Of a stretch of DNA of 64,000 bases, positions 58,226 to 64,000 are shown in pieces (position 1 is the stretch's first letter; each line of letters opens with the position of its first letter). Source of the stretch: Patescibacteria group bacterium (GTDB lineage: Bacteria > Patescibacteriota > UBA1384 > 2-12-FULL-50-11); the NCBI GenBank assembly GCA_022843855.1, contig JALHMV010000001.1, forward strand, positions 2,780 through 66,779. Direction: 5' to 3'. Both the position numbers and the translations under genes were made by a program. The notes beneath the pieces were generated by a model. The model searched no databases. It was not told the origin of the DNA and worked only from the letters and a program-made list of their open reading frames with translations.

Positions 58226-59133
58226 AGCGATCTCAGCTTTTTAGCTCTCGACCACTCTGGTGGGAAGAAGGCGGGGTAAGCGATCCGACCGTAATCAACT
58301 TTTCCGGCAAGACTCACATGCTTTACCAGGCTGTTGGCAGCGATGGTTTGTCGCGCCTGGGGTTGGCGGTGGCTTCAGACGGAGAACACTTCGAACGACT
58401 AGACCTACCGATCCTTGAGGGCGACGAGCGAAGTACTCTCGAGCGACTTGGCTTGGTAACGCCGCGGATTACCCAGCTTGGCCGGGATTTTTACATAGCA
58501 TATGCTGCTCTTTCTGTTCATAGAGCAGAAAGCGTCAAGGCGCCTGACTTAGCCGTACCGTGGCGCAGTCGTATCTCGCTCCTTAAAACCCGCGATTTGC
58601 GCCGATTCGAACGCCTGGGCGCTGTCATGGCCGACTTGGACTCGCACGACCCCGTTTTGTTTCCTGTCCCGTTTCAACGTAACTACTGGCTGCTGCACCG
58701 GCTGGATAAAGGAATGCACGTCTCAATCTCGTCTAACCTCCGTAGTTGGGGCGGCGGTTACCAATTGCTTGAGCCAGAGGTTGGCTGGGAAGATGGCGGC
58801 ATCGCTGCTGCCTGCGCACCTGTCGAAGTCGCCCGCGGCTGGCTCCTCTTTTACAACGCACAGGACGCGAAAGGCGTCAGTCGGATCGGCGCCGTTCTTC
58901 TTGATCGACACAACCCCGCTTTTGTTATCGGTCGGACGACAGCACCGCTTTTTGAGGCGCAGGAAGACTGGGAGAAGCGAGGTAGTAGGTATCGCGGCGT
59001 CCGGCTGGGCGGCGCCGTTGTGGCCGGTGACGAGCTGCTGATGTACTACGGGGCTGGTGGAACCATTATCGGTCTTGGTACACTTTCAGTTGATGCGGTA
59101 TTTCAATCTCTCGGCCTTTCGGCAGCTCCGTGA
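58222..59133 (+). CDS. GH130-like (DUF377) beta-propeller glycoside hydrolase/phosphorylase
   Basis: ATGA overlap with the previous gene. DPTVINFSGKTHMLYQAVGSDGLSRLGLAVASDGEHFERL matches the GH130 N-terminal blade pattern. Confidence 0.6.
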   Translation: MKRSQLFSSRPLWWEEGGVSDPTVINFSGKTHMLYQAVGSDGLSRLGLAVASDGEHFERLDLPILEGDERSTLERLGLVTPRITQLGRDFYIAYAALSVHRAESVKAPDLAVPWRSRISLLKTRDLRRFERLGAVMADLDSHDPVLFPVPFQRNYWLLHRLDKGMHVSISSNLRSWGGGYQLLEPEVGWEDGGIAAACAPVEVARGWLLFYNAQDAKGVSRIGAVLLDRHNPAFVIGRTTAPLFEAQEDWEKRGSRYRGVRLGGAVVAGDELLMYYGAGGTIIGLGTLSVDAVFQSLGLSAAP

Positions 59134-59416
59134 GTACTGGCTGGAGTTTTCACTGAGTCGCCAAATCACCATCACCTGGATCGGTGTTTCGCTCTTCATT
59201 TCTGTTATCTTCTTCATCTCGCAGCTCGTTATGCCCGAGAACCCAACCGTTTTTCGTTACTTTCTGTCGCTCTACGCAATTAACTCGATTGTTCTGTTTG
59301 TGGTTATACGCGAGAACGCCACAGTCTCTTGGTTGATGCTGGCGTTCCTCTTCGCGCTCATACTCATCGTCGCTGCGTACTACGGACTGAACTATCTAAG
59401 CCTCGGGATCGGATGA
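59057..59416 (+). CDS. small hypothetical membrane protein
   Basis: Three hydrophobic helices. Its stop overlaps the ATG of the GT2 gene (ATGA). The start is uncertain: GTG at 59057 or ATG at 59093, either of which overlaps the end of the GH130 gene. Confidence 0.3.
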   Translation: MEPLSVLVHFQLMRYFNLSAFRQLREYWLEFSLSRQITITWIGVSLFISVIFFISQLVMPENPTVFRYFLSLYAINSIVLFVVIRENATVSWLMLAFLFALILIVAAYYGLNYLSLGIG

Positions 59417-60942
59417 AAAAATCGTTTCGTGTCCGGCTTTGGGAGATCATTCCGGGCGCCTTGACTTGGTCAACGATCATTCTCTTGCTTATCTTTTCGT
59501 TTCGAGCGCCGTACGTTGTGGCAACGATTGTGATGATCTATTCGATCTACTGGTTGATCAGGATCTTCATCATGACCAGCTTCCTCATCCGCGGCTACCT
59601 ACGGTATCGCAAAGAGATAGCGATCGACTGGCAGGCGCGGATGGAGCACGATTTTCCCGAGGCTTGGCGGGATCTGTATCACCTCTCGATTATCCCCTCG
59701 TACAAAGAAGATATCTCGATTCTGCGCCACACGCTCGATTCGATTCGTACAAGCAAGTACCCGCACGATCGAATGTTTGTGGTGGTGGCGTTCGAGGAGC
59801 GAGATAAGGAATTGGCGCCGCAGTACGCCCCGATCCTCATGAAAGAGTACGAGCACCAATTTGCTAAGTTTATGGTGACGTTTCATCCAGCTGATATACC
59901 GGGAGAGGTTCGCGGTAAGGGCCCCAACATCACCTGGGCGGCTCGGCGATTTCAGGAATGGTTGGATCAAAAGAAGATCAACTATAAAAATGTCATTACA
60001 ACGACCCTCGATGCTGATAACCGGGTCGATCCGCAATACTTTGCCAACGTGTCCTGGGCATTTCTAAACGATCCGGACCCTCATCATAAAAGTTTCCAGC
60101 CGTTGCCGATGTTTTTCAATAATATCTGGCAGGTGCCGTTGCCGGTTAAGATTACCGCGCTCAGCTCAACCTTCTGGCAGATGATTCAGGCGCTACGGCC
60201 GCACCATGCGCGTAATTTCTCGGCTCACGCCCAAAGTTTTTATGCGCTTGTTGAGACGGATTTTTGGTCGGTGACGACCGTGGTTGAGGACGGTCACCAG
60301 TTTTGGCGCTCGTACTTTCGGTTTGACGGGAACCACCAAGTTGTGCCGATCTTTGTGCCGGTGTATCAAGATGCGGTTCAGGGCGAGAGTATGTACGACA
60401 CGTTTCGGGAGCAGTACCTCCAGCGGCGGCGTTGGTATTGGGGCGCGTCCGATATTCCGATTGTGTTTGATCACTCGTATCAAAACAATAGAATTCCGTT
60501 TTTCCACAAGTGGTTGCAGTTTTTCCGACTGGCGGAGGCGCATTATAGCTTGGCGACTCAGTCGTTTATTTTACTCATCGGTTGGCTGCCGTTCTTCGTC
60601 GTCAGCGAGTTTCGCGATACGGTGATTGGTTACAACTTTCCAGCTGTCTACCGGATTGTTCTGAGCGCCGCCTGGATCGGTATGATCGCCAATATGACGA
60701 TTGCCTCGATTTTGGTGCCGCAGCGCCCCGGCAAGAAGTCAACCCATTGGCTGTTTGTGGCGCGTGAGTGGTTGTTCGCGCCGTTTGTGATGCCGATCTC
60801 TGGGATATTTTTCTCAGCGATTCCGGCGATCGATTCGCAAACGCGGATGCTTTTCAATAGACCGTTCACCGTCTTTAACGTCACGAAAAAAGCCGCCATA
60901 CCCAGTGGCATTCTCATTAAGCATTCACCCACTCAACAGTGA
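59413..60942 (+). CDS. processive family-2 glycosyltransferase (membrane polysaccharide synthase, CesA/HAS-like)
   Basis: N-terminal TMs, DAD motif TTLDADNRVD, QxxRW motif LQRRRWYWG, and C-terminal TMs. Confidence 0.65.
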   Translation: MKKSFRVRLWEIIPGALTWSTIILLLIFSFRAPYVVATIVMIYSIYWLIRIFIMTSFLIRGYLRYRKEIAIDWQARMEHDFPEAWRDLYHLSIIPSYKEDISILRHTLDSIRTSKYPHDRMFVVVAFEERDKELAPQYAPILMKEYEHQFAKFMVTFHPADIPGEVRGKGPNITWAARRFQEWLDQKKINYKNVITTTLDADNRVDPQYFANVSWAFLNDPDPHHKSFQPLPMFFNNIWQVPLPVKITALSSTFWQMIQALRPHHARNFSAHAQSFYALVETDFWSVTTVVEDGHQFWRSYFRFDGNHQVVPIFVPVYQDAVQGESMYDTFREQYLQRRRWYWGASDIPIVFDHSYQNNRIPFFHKWLQFFRLAEAHYSLATQSFILLIGWLPFFVVSEFRDTVIGYNFPAVYRIVLSAAWIGMIANMTIASILVPQRPGKKSTHWLFVAREWLFAPFVMPISGIFFSAIPAIDSQTRMLFNRPFTVFNVTKKAAIPSGILIKHSPTQQ

Positions 60943-60949
60943 GCGCGAA

Positions 60950-61696
60950 TTAGCGGTCTTTATTGCTGAGGAGGTAGTTGATGTGGCAGCCGGGGGCGGT
61001 CGGGTCACCGGTCATAGCCCGTGAACAGTAGAAGTAGACGTACCGGGTGTAGGGATCTCCACCCCGAGAACCCGATTCGCCTGCAGTGGGCAGGTTGATA
61101 AGTGCTCGCGAAGTATTATAGTCTTGCAGGGCCGTTCTAATTGTACTGAGGTTCGGACTGACGTTATTGCGTCGCTCCATCTTTGCCATCAAGTAGTAAC
61201 CGTTGAGCGGTTGAGTGCGCGAATCAAGTCTTGCAGTCATGAGCGGGACATAGTGGTACTGATAGGCGCCGGGCGGACGCGGTCCTTCTAATTGGCAGAC
61301 GCTCTGCCCTCCGCTCAATCTCGATTTGTTTTGCGGATCTTCGGGAACCGAGGTCATGTAATTTGGTGCTAGATAGGTACCATCAGTGTCAAACGGATCC
61401 TGACATCTCCCTTCCTTAAGGTTCTTGGGGAATTGTTCGAGTTGAAATTTGGCGACATGGGGAATACTGTCGGTATGGTCAATGAGATTGTATTTATAGT
61501 TCGGGTACGTCCGCTTATCAAGGTAGTACTGTTCGAGTGAGTTTTGGATTGATTTGAGGTCGGTCAGACGTTGCGAATCGCGCGAGCGTTTGAGCGAGCT
61601 GTTGTAGGTGTACGTTGTCAGCGTCGTCAGAATGCCGATAATAGCGATAACGGTTAGAACCTCAACTAAAGTGAAACCGCGCTGTCCGCTCCTCAT
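60950..61696 (-). CDS. type IV pilin-like protein (prepilin N-terminal methylation motif)
   Basis: MRSGQRG|FTLVEVLTVIAIIGIL: short basic leader, Gly-Phe cleavage site, Glu at +5. Confidence 0.6.
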   Translation of the reverse strand: MRSGQRGFTLVEVLTVIAIIGILTTLTTYTYNSSLKRSRDSQRLTDLKSIQNSLEQYYLDKRTYPNYKYNLIDHTDSIPHVAKFQLEQFPKNLKEGRCQDPFDTDGTYLAPNYMTSVPEDPQNKSRLSGGQSVCQLEGPRPPGAYQYHYVPLMTARLDSRTQPLNGYYLMAKMERRNNVSPNLSTIRTALQDYNTSRALINLPTAGESGSRGGDPYTRYVYFYCSRAMTGDPTAPGCHINYLLSNKDR

Positions 61697-61741
61697 AGAG
61701 CTAGTGTGCCGTATTTGCCGCACATTTCAAAGAGCCTTGCT

Positions 61742-62236
61742 ATGATGGGGGTAATGAGCGAACTTATTTGGCTAATCGTCGCCGTTGTCTTGATGATCCC
61801 CGGTTTTGTTGGACTCTTTATCCCAATCTTTCCCGGTATCCCGTTCATGTTCTTAGTGGCGCTGACTTTTGCGGCCGTGACGGGCTTTGACCGGCTTGTC
61901 GGTAACGAGCTGTCAATTCTAGCAATTATCGCGCTTGCCTCAATCGCCGTTGATTATCTCAGTGGGGTGCTCGGCGCAAAATTTTCGGGCGCATCGGGTC
62001 GGGCGCTAGGGGCTGGCTTTTTAGGAATGCTTGTTGGGTTGGTGATTCTGCCGCCGTTTGGCGGACTGATCGGCTTGTTTGTTGGTGTGCTAGCGGTTGA
62101 GCTCCGGTCGCGAACCGAAAAAGAAGCGCTCCGGGCAGCCACCGGCAGCCTGCTTGGCGCGCTCTCAGGCATTCTCGTCAACTGCCTCCTCGCGATCCTT
62201 TTTATCGTTCTCTTTATTGTGTTCGCCTTACGATAA
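61742..62236 (+). CDS. DUF456-like small polytopic membrane protein
   Basis: Gly-rich hydrophobic helices. The start is uncertain (61706, 61742 or 61757). Confidence 0.4.
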   Translation: MMGVMSELIWLIVAVVLMIPGFVGLFIPIFPGIPFMFLVALTFAAVTGFDRLVGNELSILAIIALASIAVDYLSGVLGAKFSGASGRALGAGFLGMLVGLVILPPFGGLIGLFVGVLAVELRSRTEKEALRAATGSLLGALSGILVNCLLAILFIVLFIVFALR

Positions 62237-62239
62237 GGC

Positions 62240-63058
62240 TTGCTTGACAGGGTTAAGCGGCTAACGGATTATGTCTTTATGAGACGGAAATCGATGCGGT
62301 TGTCGTTAACGACTCGAAATTTTGTTATATCCGCCATTTTCTTTATCGCTAGTGCCGTTATTGTAACGCAGTCTTCGGGTATTCCGCCGCAAAATGCCCG
62401 TGCTCAATCCGGTGATTACGTCGCTAATTGGCAGGCAACCCACCTAATCGTTGCTCGGTTAATGCAGTCAGATTTGAGTAATCAACAGAATTGCGAGAAT
62501 CCCAACAGCGTCATCGTTCCCTTCGGTGATCCAGTGAGTTCTGAAGTTGCGATCGGTCCGGCTCGCTGGGAAGTAAAGGGTTCCGTTGATGCCACCACAA
62601 AGTTTAAAGAGACTTGGAGTACATCAACTCTCCCAAACGCTTTTACGTTTGCCAGCGGCCGGTGGGAGCGTTATTTCAACGGTCCTTGGTTTTGCAACCA
62701 GCCCGGGCTCCGTTTGACAGGCAACTTTCCCGCCGGGGATTGGGTAAGCGGCTACGCTCATAACTCTGACCTATTCGCGTATGGATACACGGCAGTCCAG
62801 TTCCGTAGCATTCCCGTGGCGCAGTTAACAACAAGTATCAGCAATGTTGATCCCGGCCGTGTATCTAATATCGGTCGGGGTACCTCGTGTCAGAAAACTA
62901 ACCGCTGCCTCTATACGACTGGTCCGTACGCGTGGGAGACGTTTCACGAGTGGGACGAGGCTGGTAACGGCAAGCACTATAACGCCGGAATGTTAATGCC
63001 GGTTCGGTGGAACGTTACCGGTCTTATCTGTAACGTCGGAGATACAAGGTGTGACTAA
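62240..63058 (+). CDS. secreted hypothetical protein; paralog of the partial gene at 63642
   Basis: Signal-anchor, then AQSGDYVANWQATHLIVARL...SEVAIGPARWEVKGS...KETWSTSTLPNAFTF, which aligns with the 63642 ORF. Confidence 0.45.
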   Translation: MLDRVKRLTDYVFMRRKSMRLSLTTRNFVISAIFFIASAVIVTQSSGIPPQNARAQSGDYVANWQATHLIVARLMQSDLSNQQNCENPNSVIVPFGDPVSSEVAIGPARWEVKGSVDATTKFKETWSTSTLPNAFTFASGRWERYFNGPWFCNQPGLRLTGNFPAGDWVSGYAHNSDLFAYGYTAVQFRSIPVAQLTTSISNVDPGRVSNIGRGTSCQKTNRCLYTTGPYAWETFHEWDEAGNGKHYNAGMLMPVRWNVTGLICNVGDTRCD

Positions 63059-63338
63059 CCGATTGAGTGCCCAGACTATATCGACAGCAATTCTAACGAT
63101 CAGCGGCCTATTTTTCTTGGCTGTGTGTGTTGATCGATTAAGCACTGGCGATAGTGGGACAGCCCAACCTCGGTCTGGTTCTATCGTCGAGCGTCAGGCC
63201 GGTATCGAGCGTGCTCGTCAAGCCAACGGTGAGTACTCATTTACCACTAGTTTCATCCCCGGTATTGATCAGGCCGCTTCCCCCGACCGATTAAAGCAAG
63301 ACTTCATTAAAAACAATCCAGGAGCAGTTACCGACTAA
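63051..63338 (+). CDS. small membrane-anchored hypothetical protein (95 aa)
   Basis: One N-terminal TM helix. Overlaps the previous stop. ORF-level evidence only. Confidence 0.3.
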   Translation: MTNRLSAQTISTAILTISGLFFLAVCVDRLSTGDSGTAQPRSGSIVERQAGIERARQANGEYSFTTSFIPGIDQAASPDRLKQDFIKNNPGAVTD

Positions 63339-63393
63339 TTTTCCCTCTTTCCTGCAACATAAAGAGTCTGGTCAAGGGTTTGGATATTTAGTG

Positions 63394-63467
63394 CGGTCCC
63401 AACGGGAGTCGAACCCGTGATTTCCTGGATGAAAACCAGGCGTCCTAGGCCACTAGACGATGGGACC
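63394..63467 (-). tRNA. tRNA-Glu (anticodon UUC)
   Basis: Reverse complement GGTCCCATCGTCTAGTGGCCTAGGACGCCTGGTTTTCATCCAGGAAATCACGGGTTCGACTCCCGTTGGGACCG. Close to the canonical bacterial tRNA-Glu. Confidence 0.85.
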
Positions 63468-63641
63468 TCGTGCTTCGAGTCTAGCCTCCGAGGCTAGACA
63501 GTGTCCAGCATCAATGAGGGCAGGAGTATAGCTGCAATAAAACCTCTGCAACGGATTAATTCTAGCGACAATCAGTTGGGTAATCAATGCTGCTTATCAC
63601 GGTTGACAGCGCTTAAAAACTCCGTGAAAGTGAGGGAGAGC

Positions 63642-64000
63642 ATGAATAAGTTTCGATTGTTGATTGGGGTGTCTGTCGTATCGCTGACGTTTGTTTTTGT
63701 TACCGGCCCGACGCCCGCTTCGGCGCAAAGCGCTGATTACACTACATCTTGGGAGGCTACTGACTTAATCGTTGCCAGACTCAAGCTTCCTACTCAGAAC
63801 AACCAGGCTTCCTGCCTCAACGCCATCCTTGGTAACTACGGAACGCCAGCGAACTCTGAAGTCGCGATCGGAGTTGCTAGGTGGACAGTCAGGGGACAGA
63901 TGAGCGGCTCGACCAGATATAAAGAGCTTTGGTCAACCTCGACCGTTCCACAAGCTTTTACATACGGTGGGACGTGGAACGGGAGTTGTCAGAATTTCTT
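63642..64000 (+). CDS. secreted hypothetical protein, paralog of 62240..63058 (partial, runs off window end)
   Basis: RBS GAGGGAGAG. MNKFRLLIGVSVVSLTFVFVTGPTPASAQSADYTTSWEATDLIVARL...SEVAIGVARWTVRGQ...KELWSTSTVPQAFTY. Confidence 0.45.
   Translation, partial: MNKFRLLIGVSVVSLTFVFVTGPTPASAQSADYTTSWEATDLIVARLKLPTQNNQASCLNAILGNYGTPANSEVAIGVARWTVRGQMSGSTRYKELWSTSTVPQAFTYGGTWNGSCQNF

Overview
This 64 kb window is a gene-dense chromosomal segment with about 52% GC, almost entirely housekeeping, and its gene content looks like a reduced-genome (CPR/Patescibacteria-like) bacterium. That attribution is an inference from a minimal AlaRS, a short DnaJ, a split ComEC plus ComEA and pilin, Peptidase_C39_2-like proteins and many GT4 paralogs. 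Genes called with confidence:
- Chaperones and recombination: miaA, dnaK, grpE, a DnaJ-like J-protein, yebC, ruvC, recG, ruvX/yqgF.
- Competence: comEC (split into two ORFs) and comEA.
- Translation, transcription and secretion: short alaS, greA, serS, secA.
- Cell shape and division: ftsA, mltG, mreBCD with pbp2, and ftsE/ftsX followed by a PcsB-like coiled-coil CHAP hydrolase.
- Transport and redox: an ABC-2 transporter pair, YvcK/CofD-like, trxB.
- Regulation: a PAS sensor kinase with a stand-alone receiver, convergent with a CdaR/PucR regulator.
- RNA genes: tRNA-Lys(UUU), tRNA-Leu(UAG), tRNA-Glu(UUC). There are no rRNA genes, CRISPR arrays, transposases or integrases.

Loci worth a second look:
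- A roughly 2.9 kb island of mosaic composition inserted between dnaJ-like and dnaK. It carries a degenerate LytM domain, a small Cys/His protein, a GC-rich unknown and an AT-rich protein with an Rx6H motif.
- A GC-rich, highly structured 280 nt gene-free interval next to tRNA-Lys that ends in a perfect 10 bp hairpin.
- Direct duplications of tRNA ends beside both tRNA-Lys and tRNA-Leu.
- A divergent carbohydrate cluster: four GT4 genes, an APH-fold kinase, a GalT-like HIT transferase and a GH94-like phosphorylase.
- A GH130 / small membrane protein / processive GT2 synthase module coupled by start-stop overlaps.
- A 592 aa bitopic protein sitting in the ftsZ position after ftsA.
- Two tandem C39-like peptidase-domain proteins ahead of mreB.

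Many neighbouring genes overlap by ATGA or TGATG, which suggests translational coupling.
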